A DNA stretch of 64,000 nt from Patescibacteria group bacterium (GCA_041666325.1 JBAYHC010000001.1:137708-201707); one strand, 5' to 3'; numbered from the stretch's first letter, positions 1 through 12,709 are shown. Notes: a model not told the origin generated them from the sequence alone. A program made the numbers and translations.

Positions 1-514
1 TCTCCTGTTCGAATCCAAGAGGGATCTGAATCGGATAAGCGTTGCGTGACAATCTGGCGCGGACGGAATCAAGAGATCGATAAAAGTCACCACCAGTTTG
101 GTTGATTTTGTTGATAAAACAAATACGAGGAACGTGATAGTTGTCAGCTTGTCGCCAAACAGTTTCTGACTGTGGCTCTACCCCCATTTTGCCATCGAAA
201 ATTACAACGGCACCATCAAGAACACGAAGAGAACGCTCGACTTCTACAGTGAAGTCAACGTGGCCAGGAGTATCAATAATGTTGATACGATGTTCCTTCC
301 AAAAACATGTTGTGGCTGCTGAGGTAATTGTAATACCGCGCTCACGCTCTTGCTCCATCCAGTCCATGGTGGCTTGGCCTTCATGAACTTCACCAATCTT
401 ATGGACGCGTCCGGTGGTATACAAAATACCCTCTGTCACAGTAGTTTTTCCAGCATCGATATGAGCAATTGTTCCGATGTTGCGAATTTTCTCTAACGGG
501 TAATCTCGAGCCAT
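1..514 (-). CDS. fusA: Elongation factor G, N-terminal part (runs off the window)
   Basis: Manual translation from ATG at 514: [25 protein letters not shown]...[18 protein letters not shown]...IDTPGHVDF; AGGAG SD. Confidence 0.97.
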   Translation of the reverse strand, partial: MARDYPLEKIRNIGTIAHIDAGKTTVTEGILYTTGRVHKIGEVHEGQATMDWMEQERERGITITSAATTCFWKEHRINIIDTPGHVDFTVEVERSLRVLDGAVVIFDGKMGVEPQSETVWRQADNYHVPRICFINKINQTGGDFYRSLDSVRARLSRNAYPIQIPLGFEQE

Positions 515-529
515 AAGTCTCCTAATATC

Positions 530-650
530 TTACGAATCCGCCAGCTGGCGGAACGAATTTAACGAAATTACGAAATTACAAATGATTAAAACTTTAGTAT
601 AGTATTTGTTTGTAATTTTGTACTTTCGTGAGATTCGTATTTTGGTAGGG
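530..650. repeat. AT-rich imperfect inverted repeat made of short tandem units, with the embedded palindrome TCCGCCAGCTGGCGGA
   Basis: acgaattt/acgaaatt/acaaat units mirrored by tttgtaattttgtactttcgt...attcgta; lies in the fusA leader. Confidence 0.7.
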
Positions 651-694
651 GTTTTTATGAAATAAAAACAAAAATTCCCTCTTTCTGCTTTCGT

Positions 695-724
695 ATTGTA
701 ACACAGAGACTCATTCTATGTCAA
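695..724 (-). promoter_or_regulatory. Sigma70-like promoter for fusA
   Basis: TTGACA-18-TACAAT on the minus strand. Confidence 0.55.
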
Positions 725-798
725 CGAAGAAATTTCCAAATTTGGCAAACTTCTAAAGCATCGGTTAATATATATTAGTAATTAATCGAAGGGATTCT

Positions 799-1038
799 AT
801 GGCAAAAACAGAGGAATTTAAGGTCTCTGGCGAGGAAATTGTCAAAAAGGTTAAGGAGATCGTCAAAGAAGGTAATGTCCGCCGAATTATTATCAAGAAC
901 GAAAAGGGCGAGACTGTGATTGAGCTCCCTCTGACAATCGGTGCCATCGGAGCGCTCATTGCCCCAGCCCTCGCAGCGGTTGGCGCACTGGCTGCCCTGC
1001 TAACAAATTGCACGATAGTTGTTGAAAGAAAAGAATAG
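799..1038 (+). CDS. DUF4342-like small protein
   Basis: EEFKVSGEEIVKKVKEIVKEGNVRRIIIK...IELPLT followed by a hydrophobic C-terminus. Confidence 0.85.
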   Translation: MAKTEEFKVSGEEIVKKVKEIVKEGNVRRIIIKNEKGETVIELPLTIGAIGALIAPALAAVGALAALLTNCTIVVERKE

Positions 1039-1045
1039 GGACTAA

Positions 1046-1225
1046 CTACTTCTTTGCGGATTGCAGGAGAGAGAAGAGCAGAAGCCCGAGACCAAAAAGT
1101 ACGAGCAACCCGCCCAAGGGAAAGATAATCAGAGCAAAGATGAATCCGAATATGACTGAAATTAATCCCACCGCAACCGATGGGCGGTTTTTGATTAGAT
1201 CTTCAATTATCTTCTGCAATCCCAT
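1046..1225 (-). CDS. Small two-TM membrane protein (~59 aa)
   Basis: GGAGG SD before ATG at 1225; two hydrophobic stretches. Confidence 0.65.
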   Translation of the reverse strand: MGLQKIIEDLIKNRPSVAVGLISVIFGFIFALIIFPLGGLLVLFGLGLLLFSLLQSAKK

Positions 1226-1274
1226 GATCCTCCATCCTTTATATAGATCAATTTCATAATAACGTACCCAGAGC

Positions 1275-1310
1275 AAAAAGAAAAACCGGCGGGCCGCGGG
1301 GCCCGCCGGC
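1275..1310 (-). terminator. Intrinsic terminator of the WD40-like gene
   Basis: CCGGCGGGCC stem followed by a U tract on the minus strand. Confidence 0.8.
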
Positions 1311-1317
1311 TGTATTG

Positions 1318-2295
1318 TTAGGGTGCAATCGCCTGTGGCGCAACTTCGTACCCGAGCCCACTGGCCCTGGTGACGATCAAACTTCCGTGCGTAGGCAGTG
1401 GCACGATCGATATCACCCTCGTACCGGCCTGTGGCACGATCGACGCCAACTTTCGACCAGAGGCATCAATCTGGATGATCTGGCCATCTTCCCCCCCAGA
1501 GAAGACAGACTGACCGTCGAGGGCGAACTCGAGCGAGGTGACCGGTCCATCGTGATGACATCTCTGCCACCGGATCCATGCCTGACCCGCGTGCGAGCTG
1601 GGATACGGCCGGCCCAGGTCGGCGAGGCCGACCCAGCCCTGATCTGTGCCTGCGACGACCAGTCCGCCATCAAGCGAAATCGCCAGCGATCTGATCGAAG
1701 CGGCGTTATCTACGTCAAATATCCGGTGTGTGCCACTCCGGATATCCCAGACCTTGACGGTACCACTCTCGCCCGCCTGGGCCAGATAGCATCCGTCTGG
1801 CGAGATAGCCATTAGTGGCGCCCAATAGTCAGGCACCATCACTCTCTTGATGGTCTCCCTCTGGACATCCCAGACTGTGACGACGCTGTTCCGGCCAGCG
1901 CAAGCACTGGCCAGGATCCTGCCGTCCGCCGCCAGAGCAATTGCGGCAACTTCCGCCGTGTGCTGCAAGGTAGTATGCGGCTGATCGATACGATTGTCGA
2001 TCAAACCCATCTTGACTTGGCAGCCTTCAGCGATAGTCGCAACAACACGGCTAACCGGCGCGAGCTGATACCCCCTACAGCCAGACAACAGTTTGTGACC
2101 GATCGAAGTGACGTAGGGGTGAACCATTCCGCACCAGCTCTGCGGCAACCAGGTATACACCTGGTTATGCGTACCGACTGCCAGTCTGTAACCACTCTGG
2201 CAGTAGCCGAGCAAGGTTGCTGGCCCCAACGGAGGACTCTGCTTCAGAATAAGCCGGTCCCCATCCAATACTGCATTACCACACGTCTCAGACAT
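1318..2295 (-). CDS. WD40/beta-propeller-like protein
   Basis: Repeats such as LAADGRILAS...VTVWDV, AISPDGCYLAQAGESGTVKVWDI, HDGPVTSLEFALDGQSVFSGGEDG; start chosen from the AAGGAG SD. Confidence 0.8.
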   Translation of the reverse strand: MSETCGNAVLDGDRLILKQSPPLGPATLLGYCQSGYRLAVGTHNQVYTWLPQSWCGMVHPYVTSIGHKLLSGCRGYQLAPVSRVVATIAEGCQVKMGLIDNRIDQPHTTLQHTAEVAAIALAADGRILASACAGRNSVVTVWDVQRETIKRVMVPDYWAPLMAISPDGCYLAQAGESGTVKVWDIRSGTHRIFDVDNAASIRSLAISLDGGLVVAGTDQGWVGLADLGRPYPSSHAGQAWIRWQRCHHDGPVTSLEFALDGQSVFSGGEDGQIIQIDASGRKLASIVPQAGTRVISIVPLPTHGSLIVTRASGLGYEVAPQAIAP

Positions 2296-2466
2296 TGTGT
2301 TTCTCCTTCCCGACTCTACTCCACCTACCACCTTAACTCGAGGCTGGGAAAGAGAGGCCCCGACCATTCGGGACGCTCTTAGACAGGCTTTGTCACGAGG
2401 ATACTACCGGTATTGCCTCAAACTATGCCTGAATTTCCAGGATTTGTAAAGATACACTAGAGACTA

Positions 2467-2500
2467 ACAAAAAAGGAGACTCAACAATCTCCTCTTTTGT
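2467..2500. terminator. Terminator downstream of rpsG
   Basis: aaaaaaggaga...tctcctctttt hairpin with A/T tracts on both sides. Confidence 0.7.
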
Positions 2501-2516
2501 AATTTTGATTGATTAT

Positions 2517-2993
2517 TTAGAACCGGGCGAAATGTGCGAAGGCCTTGTTGGCCTCGGCCATTCTATGTGTATCTTCCCGTTTCTTTATTGCGGAACCCTC
2601 GCCATGGAAGGCATCAATAAATTCCTTTGCAAGTTTGGTCGCCATTGGTTCGCCCTTCTTGGATCGAGCGGCCGCGATAATCCAACGAACGGCTAGGGTG
2701 TTGCGACGATCTCTGCCGACCTCGACTGGGACCTGGTAGTTCGCTCCGCCAATTCTCTTGCTTTTGATCTCAAGGATTGGACCGACATTTTTGAGAACCT
2801 GTTGATAGACATCCATCTGTGGGACGTTGAGCTCTTTGCTGGCCTGATCGAGAGCACCGTAAACAATTCTCTCGGCGACTGTCTTTTTGCCATTCTCCAT
2901 AATGTGATTCATCAACTTGGAAACAAGAGTGCTACCGTACTGAATGTCAGGTACGATCTCATGTCTTTTAATTTTTATGTGTCCTCGTGGCAT
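2517..2993 (-). CDS. rpsG: 30S ribosomal protein S7
   Basis: RIGGANYQVPVEV; HRMAEANKAFAHF. Confidence 0.98.
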   Translation of the reverse strand: MPRGHIKIKRHEIVPDIQYGSTLVSKLMNHIMENGKKTVAERIVYGALDQASKELNVPQMDVYQQVLKNVGPILEIKSKRIGGANYQVPVEVGRDRRNTLAVRWIIAAARSKKGEPMATKLAKEFIDAFHGEGSAIKKREDTHRMAEANKAFAHFARF

Positions 2994-3044
2994 GGTGTAG
3001 TTTCTTAATTAATAAAGTTTCTAAAGTTATTTGAGTTCTAACGA

Positions 3045-3464
3045 TTATTCGGTTGATCTCTTGGCGCCATATTTGCTTCTGGCTTTTTTGCGACCCTTTA
3101 CACCGCTAAGATCGAGTTTGCCTCGAACAATGTGGTATCGCATACCAGGAAGGTCTTTGACACGGCCGCCGCGGACAAGAACAACTGAGTGTTCTTGAAG
3201 TTGGTGACCTTCACCGCCGATATAGGCATTTACTTCCATACCGTTAGTCAGACGGACGCGAGCAAACTTTCGCAAAGCAGAGTTTGGCTTCTTTGGTGTC
3301 ATTGTGCCGACCTTGACACAAACGCCACGCTTAAAAGGAGACCCTTTATCAAGCTCAACCGGCTTATTTTTCAGATAGTTGAAAGTTGTCTTGATGGCAG
3401 TGGTCTTTGTCTTTTTCTGGACCTTAACTCTACCTTTTTTTACTAATTGACTAATTGTTGGCAT
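3045..3464 (-). CDS. rpsL: 30S ribosomal protein S12
   Basis: [11 protein letters not shown]; GGRVKDLPG. Confidence 0.98.
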   Translation of the reverse strand: MPTISQLVKKGRVKVQKKTKTTAIKTTFNYLKNKPVELDKGSPFKRGVCVKVGTMTPKKPNSALRKFARVRLTNGMEVNAYIGGEGHQLQEHSVVLVRGGRVKDLPGMRYHIVRGKLDLSGVKGRKKARSKYGAKRSTE

Positions 3465-3540
3465 GGTTTTTCTTCTTAAGCTTAACTTAACAGATTAAAG
3501 TTTATCACAATTTTATGCGTATGTCAAAGGAAATACGATA

Positions 3541-3602
3541 GTGTGAGAGCTGAAGAGTAGAGAGTAATGCGTTAATTACTCTTTCCCTTCAAACTCTCAC
3601 AC
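3541..3602. repeat. Purine/pyrimidine-skewed intergenic hairpin
   Basis: gtgtgagag...agagtaat / attactct...ctctcacac. Confidence 0.6.
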
Positions 3603-3608
3603 ATCCTT

Positions 3609-6600
3609 TTATCTATCTTTTAATCCTGTTCCAGCAGGTATCAAGCGTCCGATAATGACGTTCTCTTTGAGACCGAGCAGCGGATCAGATTTGCCAGCGA
3701 TGGCTGCATCAATCAAGACACTTGTAGTTTCCTGGAATGAAGCGGCAGAGAGCCAGCTCTCAGTCTTGATGGCGACGCGGGTAATACCCATGACAACATC
3801 TTCGATTTCGATCTGCTTCTTGCCAGCTTCCTTCAATGCCTTGTTCTTCTCCCTGAGTTGAATTCTATCGGTTACCTGCCCAGCAAGAAACTCGGAATCA
3901 CCTGGATCAGTAATGCGAACCTTCGAAAGCATCATTCGAACAATAACCTCTACGTGCTTGTCATTAATATCTTGTCCTTGTGATTCGTAAATCATTTGGA
4001 CCTGTTTAATAACATAGTTCTCAGTAGATTGTCGTCCGGCCAGTTTGAGGCTAGCCGCTAAATCATAGTGACCCTCTGTAATCGCATCGCCGCGCTTAAT
4101 CTCGTCACCTGTTTTAACCTTAAGCTGGATAATTCTAGGCGCTGCGTATTCCTTGACGATGTTGCCGAATCCGGCAACCTTCGCCTGGCCACCCTTAATC
4201 TTGATCTCACCTGCAAACTGGGTACGGATAGGTGCCTGATCTGCGGCTTCCGCCACGATCTGCTTAGCCTTGACTTGTTCGCCAGTCTTAACTGACCATT
4301 TGTATCCGTCTGGCAAAACGACATCGGTCGATCGTTCTCCGCGACCAGAGACAGTGATAATCGAAGTCCCGCTCTCCTCCCGCACGGAAACCTTGCCTTC
4401 AATCTCAGAGAGAATAGCTGGAGACTTTGGAATGCGAGCTTCGAACAGCTCCTCAACTCGAGGCAAACCTGATGTGATATCAAGACCAGCTGCGCCGCCA
4501 GTATGGAATGTGCGCATAGTAAGCTGTGTGCCTGGTTCACCGATTGCCTGAGCAGCAACGATACCAACCGTAGAACCAGCCTCAACCACATTACCTGTCG
4601 CAAGATCGAGTCCGTAACATTTTTTACACACACCTTTTTGGGATTCACAGGTAAGAAGGGAGAATATTTCAACTGATGAAATACCTGCCTCGTTGAACTT
4701 GGCAACTTCCGCGTCAGTAATAATGGTTCCAACTGCGACGCCAGCAACGCTCTTGCCAAGAATTCTTCCATGAATATATTTGTCCCAATCCTCGCCCAGG
4801 CTCTGATAGAAGGCCCTTGAAATTGTTCTCGTCTTGTCGGTACCGCAATCATCAGATGTAATAACAGTATCCTGAGAAACGTCAACGAGCCTTCGTGTCA
4901 AATACCCAGCCTCGGAGGTACGAAGAGCGGTATCAGCGCGACCCTTACGTGAACCGTGGGTCGATACGAAATATTCGAACACGGACAATCCTTCTTTGAA
5001 GTTGGATTTGATTGGAATTTCGATAATTTCACCGGTAGTATCCGCAACCAAACCCTTCATGCCGGAAACCTGAACAATCTGAGCGACATTACCACGAGCA
5101 CCAGAGCTCATGATGACGAAAAGATCGTTTTCCTTGGTGTAGCCCTTTAACATATCTCGCTCAACCTGAGCCTGAGCATTCATCCAGATCTCTACAGTCT
5201 TGGCATGGCGTTCCTCGTCACTGATCAAGCCTTGCTCATATTGTTTGTTGACAGTATCAACCATCTTCTCAGATTCGCCAATGACTGCATCCTTGGTGGG
5301 CGGAACATGAATGTCATTAACAGCGAAGGTCAGGCCTGAACGCTGCGAGTATGCAAAGCCTAGATCCTTTAGGTCGTCTACGAACTGAGCCGTGCGCTCC
5401 GTGCCATACATGCGATATATCTTATCAACGAAACGAGTAATACTCTTCTTATTCATGAGTTCGTTTAGGAAGCGAAGCTCTTCTGGGATAATTTCATTGA
5501 AGAGAACTCGTCCAACGGTAGTCTTGACAATCTCTCCTGATTTAACCTTTACGGTAATCTTGGCGACCAAAGCAATGATGCCCTGGTTGTAGGCCGAGAC
5601 TGCTTCATTCTCAGAAGCAAAGACCATGCCCTCGCCCTTCATGCCATCTTCAATCGAAGTGATGTAATAACTTCCAAGCACAATATCTTGGGACGGCGTA
5701 ACAACAGGGTCTCCGGATGCAGGCTTGAGCAGGTTATGGGCGGAAAGCATAATGGTTCTAGCTTCTTCCTGAGCCTTGTCCGAAAGAGGAAGGTGAACTG
5801 CCATTTGGTCTCCATCAAAGTCAGCATTGAAAGCAGCACAAACCAATGGGTGAATCTGAATAGCCTTGCCCTCGATCAAAACAGGCTGAAACGCCTGGAT
5901 ACCAAGTCGGTGCAGTGTTGGGGCACGGTTTAGAAGCACGTACTTGTTTTTAGTAATTTCTTCAAGAATGTCCCAAACGAAGGGCTCACCCTTTTCGATC
6001 AAACGTGTCGCATTTTTAACATTATGAACATAGCCGTCTGAGATAAGCCGACCGATAATAAACGGTTTGAATAACTCAAGGGCCATGATTTTTGGCAAAC
6101 CGCACTGATGGAGCTTTAGTCGTGGACCAACAACAATTACAGAACGGCCAGAGTAATCGACGCGCTTACCGAGAAGATTCTGACGGAAACGGCCTTGCTT
6201 GCCGCGCAGCATGTCTGAAAGTGATCGGAGTTTTCTCTTGCCGCCAGCCGATGAAGCAACTTTACCCTTGCGGGCAGAATTGTCAATCAACGCATCAACT
6301 GCCTCCTGAAGCATTCTTTTCTCATTTCGAGATATAACTTCAGGTGCACCTTGAGAAATTAAGCGCTTGAGACGGTTGTTCCTGTTAATAACACGGCGAT
6401 AAAGATCATTTAGGTCTGAAGCAGCAAAACGACCACCATCTAGCTGAACCATCGGACGCAAATCCGGCGGAATAACAGGCAGGCGGGTCATAACGAGCCA
6501 TGCTGGATCTATCTCTGCGCCCTTCATATTCTTTAGGGTACGCAAACGTTTTAGGACTCTTGCCCGGTTCAAACCGGTTTGTCGCTTGGTGCTCTCCTCA

Positions 6601-7343
6601 GAGTCAACGATCTCTTTATCAAGATCAACATGCTTGAGAAGCTCCAAAATGGCGTCTGCGCCAATTCCTACACGAATAATCTGACCATACTTCAGGTTTA
6701 GCTCATGGTATTCTAATTCAGAAATTATTCGTCCAACGTACAGACTCGAAAGCTCGGTCTTAGCTCGGCGGTATGCCTGCTCAACCTCAGCCTTGAGGTC
6801 TTCGGGATTTTCATCACCACCAGCGTTATTCTTGAGGTCCTCGAGATACTCTTTGTATTCCTTCTCCAGACTCTCCAGGCTGCTCTTCTGCAACTCTTCA
6901 TTAACACTCAGAATTACAAAGCTTGCAAAATAAACAATCTTTTCAACGTCAGTGAATGACATGTTTAAGACTGTTGAGATAATACTGGAAGCACCTCTGA
7001 TATACCAGATATGAGCAACAGGAACGGCTAGATCGATGTGACCCAAGCGGACGCGGCGAACCTGAGAACGGGTTACCTCAACGCCACACTTATCACAGAC
7101 AACGCCCTTATATCTGATTTTTCGGTACTTACCACAATAGCATTCCCAATCTTTTGTCGGTCCGAAAATCTTCTCATCAAACAAACCATCGCGCTCAGGT
7201 TTCTGCGTTCGATAGTTGATGGTCTCGGGTTTTTGAACCTCGCCATGGGACCAAGAAAGGATTTGTTCCGGTGAAGCGACCGAGAGTTTGATCGCCTCGA
7301 AGTCCGCAACATTGATCTGGTCTGCGACCTCAAAGTTTGCCAT
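3609..7343 (-). CDS. rpoC: RNA polymerase beta' subunit
   Basis: NADFDGD catalytic motif; N-terminal Zn finger. Confidence 0.99.
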   Translation of the reverse strand: MANFEVADQINVADFEAIKLSVASPEQILSWSHGEVQKPETINYRTQKPERDGLFDEKIFGPTKDWECYCGKYRKIRYKGVVCDKCGVEVTRSQVRRVRLGHIDLAVPVAHIWYIRGASSIISTVLNMSFTDVEKIVYFASFVILSVNEELQKSSLESLEKEYKEYLEDLKNNAGGDENPEDLKAEVEQAYRRAKTELSSLYVGRIISELEYHELNLKYGQIIRVGIGADAILELLKHVDLDKEIVDSEESTKRQTGLNRARVLKRLRTLKNMKGAEIDPAWLVMTRLPVIPPDLRPMVQLDGGRFAASDLNDLYRRVINRNNRLKRLISQGAPEVISRNEKRMLQEAVDALIDNSARKGKVASSAGGKRKLRSLSDMLRGKQGRFRQNLLGKRVDYSGRSVIVVGPRLKLHQCGLPKIMALELFKPFIIGRLISDGYVHNVKNATRLIEKGEPFVWDILEEITKNKYVLLNRAPTLHRLGIQAFQPVLIEGKAIQIHPLVCAAFNADFDGDQMAVHLPLSDKAQEEARTIMLSAHNLLKPASGDPVVTPSQDIVLGSYYITSIEDGMKGEGMVFASENEAVSAYNQGIIALVAKITVKVKSGEIVKTTVGRVLFNEIIPEELRFLNELMNKKSITRFVDKIYRMYGTERTAQFVDDLKDLGFAYSQRSGLTFAVNDIHVPPTKDAVIGESEKMVDTVNKQYEQGLISDEERHAKTVEIWMNAQAQVERDMLKGYTKENDLFVIMSSGARGNVAQIVQVSGMKGLVADTTGEIIEIPIKSNFKEGLSVFEYFVSTHGSRKGRADTALRTSEAGYLTRRLVDVSQDTVITSDDCGTDKTRTISRAFYQSLGEDWDKYIHGRILGKSVAGVAVGTIITDAEVAKFNEAGISSVEIFSLLTCESQKGVCKKCYGLDLATGNVVEAGSTVGIVAAQAIGEPGTQLTMRTFHTGGAAGLDITSGLPRVEELFEARIPKSPAILSEIEGKVSVREESGTSIITVSGRGERSTDVVLPDGYKWSVKTGEQVKAKQIVAEAADQAPIRTQFAGEIKIKGGQAKVAGFGNIVKEYAAPRIIQLKVKTGDEIKRGDAITEGHYDLAASLKLAGRQSTENYVIKQVQMIYESQGQDINDKHVEVIVRMMLSKVRITDPGDSEFLAGQVTDRIQLREKNKALKEAGKKQIEIEDVVMGITRVAIKTESWLSAASFQETTSVLIDAAIAGKSDPLLGLKENVIIGRLIPAGTGLKDR

Positions 7344-7453
7344 TTAAGACTCCTTTTATAAGTAGGAGAGTCGGAGAGAGTGAGGGCCGAGAACTGGTAA
7401 GGAGTTTGCCCTGCCAGCTCTCACATTTGACGTTCTCACATTCTCACACTCAT

Positions 7454-10400
7454 TTATTCTTCAATTATTTCATCTGACTGAACATCATCTTCGACCTTCG
7501 TCTGCTGGGCTGCCAACTCAGTCAGGATTGCGTCAACATCCTCTTCTCTGTCCTTTTGTGGCAGTTCTTCACCTAATGCCTCAACGTCCATCGCTTCTGG
7601 TATGGCAATTGGCTCAACTGCTTCAACGTCTTCATGAATAGGAGCAACAACTTTAGGTGCAACAAGCTCAACAGATAGACCCAAGCTTTGCAATTCTTTA
7701 ACCATAACATTGAAGGCTTCTGGAATAAGTGGTTTCTGAATTTCCTCGCCCTTGATGATTGCTTCGTATGTTTTGCTTCTACCGACAACATCATCAGATT
7801 TAATCGTCAGCATTTCTTGCAAAGTATGTGCGGCGCCATAAGCCTCAAGTGCCCACACTTCCATCTCACCGAAGCGCTGTCCACCGAATTGCGCTTTACC
7901 ACCGAGTGGCTGCTGCGTAATCATTGAATAAGGACCAACACTTCGAGTGTGCATTTTATCATCAACTAAGTGGTGCAGTTTTAAGACATACATGATACCA
8001 ACGGTTGATTTGCGATCAAACGATTCGCCGGTGCGGCCATCGAACAGCTGGATCTTGCCGTCTGCCGGCAGACCTTCTTTTTTAAGGCGCTCTACAATAT
8101 CCTCGAATGTAATTCCCTCAAATGCAGGCGTAGCAACCTTGTAGCCGCCAGCGGACGCAGCTAAACCGAGATGAACTTCCAGAATTTGACCGACATTCAT
8201 ACGAGAAATGACACCGAGCGGATTCAAAACAACATCAACCGGACGTCCATCTGGCAAGAAAGGCATATCCTCTTCGTTTAAGATTGTGGAGATAACACCC
8301 TTGTTACCGTGACGACCAGCAAGTTTGTCGCCGATGGAGATTTTTCTGAGCTGGGCAACTGAAACCTCAACCATCTGATAAACACCTGATGGCAGCTCGT
8401 CGCCACTCTCCTTGGAGAAGAATCGAACATCAACAACCTTGCCCTGTTCGCCGTGTGGCAATCGAAGAGACGAATCTCGAACATCCTTGGCCTTTTCGCC
8501 GAAGATAGCTCTTAGAAGTTTCTCCTCAGATGAAAGTTCAGTTTCACCCTTCGGTAAAATCTTTCCAACCAAAATGTCACCGGCTTTTACATCGGCACCG
8601 ATTCGAACGATACCGTTTTCGTCCAGATTAGCCAAAGCCTCCTCGGAAACATTTGGAATATCCCGAGTAAGTAGCTCTGGACCGAGTTTGGTATCGCGAA
8701 CTTCAATTGAATATTGTTCAATATGGATTGAGGACAGAGCATGGTCCTTAACGAGACGGCTGGAGATAATAATAGCGTCTTCATAGTTGGAACCACCCCA
8801 GGACATGAACGCAACCAGGAGGTTTTGGCCCAAGGCCAGCTCGCCATGATCGGTTGCAGAAGAGTCTGCTATAACCTGCCCACCCCTTACCTTGTCACCA
8901 ACCCTAACTGTTGGGCGCTGGTTGATCGAGGTACCCTGGTTCGAGCGAGCATATTTCTCAAGAAAATACTCTGTCTCTTCGCCCTTCTTGTTTTTGAATT
9001 TGATAACGTCTGATGCAACTTTGGTGATCTCACCATCGCTCTCGGCAATAATAATCTGACCCGAGTCACGAGCGGCTGCGCGTTCTACGCCAGTTCCAAC
9101 AATTGGGGATTGAGGTCGAATCAAAGGAACAGCCTGGCGTTGCATGTTGGAACCCATCATGGCACGGGCACCATCATCGTGCTCAACGAAGGGAATAAGG
9201 GAGGTAGCAATAGAAATAATCTGTCGAGGTGAAACATCCATATACTCAACACGAGATGCTTCTGTGATCTCTGGCTCGCCATAAAGTCGAACGACGACGC
9301 GCTTGTCCTTAATAATGCCATTTTCATCAATCTCGACGGAAGCGGGCGCGATAATTGCCTTTTCCTCAGTACCGGCATCGAGGTAGACGATCTCATCAGT
9401 TACGTGCATTTTGCCGTTTTCGGCTCTAACTCTTCGGTAGGGAGTCTCTAGAAAACCAAACTCATTAATTCTGGAATAGCTTGAAAGATAACTCACCAAC
9501 CCAATATTTGGACCTTCTGGAGATTCGATAGGACAAATTCGACCATAGTGACTCTTGTGAACGTCGCGCACTTCAAAGCCGGCGCGCTCACGCGAAAGAC
9601 CGCCAGGACCGGTTGCCGACAAGGTGCGCTTATGCTCAAGCTCAGCCAAAGGATTGGTCTGGTTCATGAACTGGGAAAGCTGCGAGCTGGCAAAGAACTC
9701 CTGGAGAGCCGCAACAATAGGACGTGAATTGACTAAAGACGATGGAGTAATATCTCTTGGATCCGTAATACTCATGCGATCCTTGACGATTCGCTCAACA
9801 CGAAGAAGTCCAACTCGAACACGCCCCTGAATTGATTCACCAACAGCACGAATACGGCGATTCTTCAAATGGTCGGTGTCATCTGGCTCGGCGCCGGGAG
9901 TATTGTTAAGTCGGATAATTTCTTTGATGATTGCGACAACGTCATCGAGTCGAAGGGTTCTATTCTCGACTGTATTTGGAACATCAACATCAAGCCTCTG
10001 ATTGATCTTGTATCGTCCAACGCGACCCAAGTCATAGCGCTTGTGATTGTAAAACATTGCCTCGATAAAAGACTTGGCCGACTCAGCTGTTGCCAGATCG
10101 CCAGGTCTGATTCTTTTGTATGTCTCAACAAGTCCCTCTTCGTAATTTTCAGCCGGATCCTTGGATAAGGTAATATCGATGTACTTAGTATCAGGATTAG
10201 TGTCAACGTCAGTAAAAAGTTTCTGAATCTCTTCATTTGAGCCAACGCCAAGAGAACGCAAAAATGTCGTAATCGGGATGCGACGCTTACGATCAACCTT
10301 AACGGAAATAATACCCTTTGAGTTCGTCTCTATTTCGAGCCATGCTCCGCGAGATGGGATAATTTTGGCACCAAAGAAATTTTTGCCATTGATTCGCTCT

Positions 10401-10834
10401 GCGGTAAATAGTACGCCGTAGGAGCGAACAATCTGAGATACAACAACACGTTCAACGCCATTAATAATGAATGTTCCACGAGATGTCATCAGCGGGAAGT
10501 CTCCAAGAAAGACTTCACCCTCTTTGATCTCACCGCTCTGCTTGAAATGAAGTGATGCCTTAACACGAAGCGGTGCCTTGAAGGTTAAGTTTTTGGCGCG
10601 AGCGGTCTTCTCGTCCATCTTCGGTGGCTCGAGATAATAGTCATCAAAAGTCAGGCTGTACAACTCACCGGCAAAATCATTGATCGGTGAGATCTCATCT
10701 AAAAGTTCGCGCAATCCCTCCTTAAAAAACCATTCGTAGGACTTGGTTTGAATTTCAACCAGGTTCGGAAGTTCCTCCCAATGCGCCTCTGTTCTTGGCA
10801 AGACGCGCTCGATAGCCTTACTCTGTGCTGACAT
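7454..10834 (-). CDS. rpoB: RNA polymerase beta subunit
   Basis: [12 protein letters not shown]; [16 protein letters not shown]. Confidence 0.99.
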   Translation of the reverse strand: MSAQSKAIERVLPRTEAHWEELPNLVEIQTKSYEWFFKEGLRELLDEISPINDFAGELYSLTFDDYYLEPPKMDEKTARAKNLTFKAPLRVKASLHFKQSGEIKEGEVFLGDFPLMTSRGTFIINGVERVVVSQIVRSYGVLFTAERINGKNFFGAKIIPSRGAWLEIETNSKGIISVKVDRKRRIPITTFLRSLGVGSNEEIQKLFTDVDTNPDTKYIDITLSKDPAENYEEGLVETYKRIRPGDLATAESAKSFIEAMFYNHKRYDLGRVGRYKINQRLDVDVPNTVENRTLRLDDVVAIIKEIIRLNNTPGAEPDDTDHLKNRRIRAVGESIQGRVRVGLLRVERIVKDRMSITDPRDITPSSLVNSRPIVAALQEFFASSQLSQFMNQTNPLAELEHKRTLSATGPGGLSRERAGFEVRDVHKSHYGRICPIESPEGPNIGLVSYLSSYSRINEFGFLETPYRRVRAENGKMHVTDEIVYLDAGTEEKAIIAPASVEIDENGIIKDKRVVVRLYGEPEITEASRVEYMDVSPRQIISIATSLIPFVEHDDGARAMMGSNMQRQAVPLIRPQSPIVGTGVERAAARDSGQIIIAESDGEITKVASDVIKFKNKKGEETEYFLEKYARSNQGTSINQRPTVRVGDKVRGGQVIADSSATDHGELALGQNLLVAFMSWGGSNYEDAIIISSRLVKDHALSSIHIEQYSIEVRDTKLGPELLTRDIPNVSEEALANLDENGIVRIGADVKAGDILVGKILPKGETELSSEEKLLRAIFGEKAKDVRDSSLRLPHGEQGKVVDVRFFSKESGDELPSGVYQMVEVSVAQLRKISIGDKLAGRHGNKGVISTILNEEDMPFLPDGRPVDVVLNPLGVISRMNVGQILEVHLGLAASAGGYKVATPAFEGITFEDIVERLKKEGLPADGKIQLFDGRTGESFDRKSTVGIMYVLKLHHLVDDKMHTRSVGPYSMITQQPLGGKAQFGGQRFGEMEVWALEAYGAAHTLQEMLTIKSDDVVGRSKTYEAIIKGEEIQKPLIPEAFNVMVKELQSLGLSVELVAPKVVAPIHEDVEAVEPIAIPEAMDVEALGEELPQKDREEDVDAILTELAAQQTKVEDDVQSDEIIEE

Positions 10835-11192
10835 TGCTCTCCTTTGAAAATTACCAAATTTAAGTTATTGAATGCTCCAGGACTCATTAACAAACCAAGA
10901 GTCCAGAAAATTTTTTGTTTCTGCCACCTAAAAACGCAAAAATTCCCCGGTTTGCCTGGGTAGCCGTTACTTCTCTATGAGAGTTGAGATCGTTTTCTTA
11001 ATCAATTGGCCAATTTATTTTAGTTTTTGAAAACATACTCAATTTAGCACAAAAAAGAATGTGTGTCAACACTGCATGTAATCAAATAACCACTTGTCAT
11101 AGGTATTCTATATGGAGGGCTGAAAGGGTGTCAAGTGGATAAAAAAGAAGCTCTGGGCAACACGCCCAGAGCAAGATATCAAACGACTCGGA

Positions 11193-11576
11193 TTATCCAA
11201 ACTTCGGGCCAATAGTGGCTACACTGAGAGCTCGATTGCTAATACCCATCGAACGAAGCAATGCAGCGATTGTTTGCGGCTCAACCCTCACCTTGAGTTT
11301 GCCGCAGCGTAGCGAAACGCCGCGACCTTGCTCCGCCTCAACAATGTCGACACTGTCCTCGTTCCATCGAGGGTGGCACAGAATCTCTCGTGCACGAACA
11401 AGGGCAGACTCACGGGTCGGCCTGATAGCCGCAATCCCTGATTCAATGTCGTCAACTCGGCTTTCGACTCTCACTTCCCATATCTCACCGTCCACACCTC
11501 GGTCAATGGCCCAGTCGAATGCAAGCTTGATCAGTGCGTTGAGAAGATCAAGATCCGGCAGCTTGTTGTCCATCAC
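11193..11576 (-). CDS. Hypothetical protein, translationally coupled to the upstream propeller gene
   Basis: 127-aa ORF overlapping the stop of the upstream gene; followed by a gctctgggc/gcccagagc terminator. Confidence 0.6.
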   Translation of the reverse strand: MMDNKLPDLDLLNALIKLAFDWAIDRGVDGEIWEVRVESRVDDIESGIAAIRPTRESALVRAREILCHPRWNEDSVDIVEAEQGRGVSLRCGKLKVRVEPQTIAALLRSMGISNRALSVATIGPKFG

Positions 11577-12613
11577 AGCCCCCGCATCGTAACATGCTGA
11601 AGGAGGTTGCGCACAGGATAGAGGAAAACCTCTTTGGTGCCAAGCGACGCCACCGCCACATATTCACCGTCCGGCGAGCAAGCCAAACAGTGGGGCGGTG
11701 CCCCGGGCAGTTCGAGATAATCGAGCTGCTTCCAGGTGGCAGCATCAATGAAGGCCATAATGCCAGCCTTGATCACGTTGCCTACATTACTGTCTTCGTC
11801 CCCATTCGGCTTATAGCCCAAGCCGGTAGCCAGAACAAGCTTGTGGTGCGGCAGGGAACCAATATCAATGATTGAAGTCATACAGAGCTTCGCGCCATCG
11901 ACTTTGCCATATTTTCCCGTCGCCAGATCAACCACGACAACCTTCGGCTTCCCCGCCGGATTGGTCCAGATGGTCGCCAACCAAACATCGTTAATAAAGC
12001 CGAAAATATCCAGACAGTATTCCACAGATCCAACAAGCGGGCCGAGACTAAATGACCCAATACTCGAGAGCGATGAAGGAAAACGATAGACACTGATATC
12101 TGACCTATGGATTGAAGCAAGCAAACCGCTACTGCCAGGAGAGAAATGAGCAGATGATCCGGACAAGCAACCAAAAGTCAATCTTTTGGGCTTTCTGTCT
12201 GATATATCCCAAACCCCAAAACCTGGCCCGTGCGTATTGCAGACAGATATCAGTTTCCCATCACTCGACAAAGATACAGAATTGCCATTGGCCGGTTCCC
12301 CCATCTCAACAGCAACCTCATATTTACCGTCCGTGTCCCAGATTGAAACATGTCTATGATCCGCGTACCCAAGCGCTATGCGCTGACAATTTCCCATCGC
12401 AGCAACAGCGATATTGTGTACATCGGATTGCAAGACCCAACCGGAAGGCAAGACACACTCGAGCGACACACCGTTGGCAAAGCTCCACCTCTCGACATAT
12501 CCGCTCAAGCCAGCCTTACCTACTACGTACAAATTCCGCCCAAACCAAGTCAGGTCGCGAATGTTGGCACACTCTCCGCGGAGTGTAATGTACGGCACAT
12601 GCGATTTGGGCAT
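11573..12613 (-). CDS. WD40/beta-propeller-like protein
   Basis: VSIWD, VSLSSDGKLISV, FGVWDI, LACSPDGEYVAVAS; start chosen from a purine-rich SD. Confidence 0.7.
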   Translation of the reverse strand: MPKSHVPYITLRGECANIRDLTWFGRNLYVVGKAGLSGYVERWSFANGVSLECVLPSGWVLQSDVHNIAVAAMGNCQRIALGYADHRHVSIWDTDGKYEVAVEMGEPANGNSVSLSSDGKLISVCNTHGPGFGVWDISDRKPKRLTFGCLSGSSAHFSPGSSGLLASIHRSDISVYRFPSSLSSIGSFSLGPLVGSVEYCLDIFGFINDVWLATIWTNPAGKPKVVVVDLATGKYGKVDGAKLCMTSIIDIGSLPHHKLVLATGLGYKPNGDEDSNVGNVIKAGIMAFIDAATWKQLDYLELPGAPPHCLACSPDGEYVAVASLGTKEVFLYPVRNLLQHVTMRGL

Positions 12614-12709
12614 GTAGCGCGTTCCCCCTTCTTTGGACTCAAGCAAAGCGGTTCTCTGCTCGGGATGAGACGGGTGTGTCACCACACCCGAGGAGAGAAA
12701 AACGAAAGA

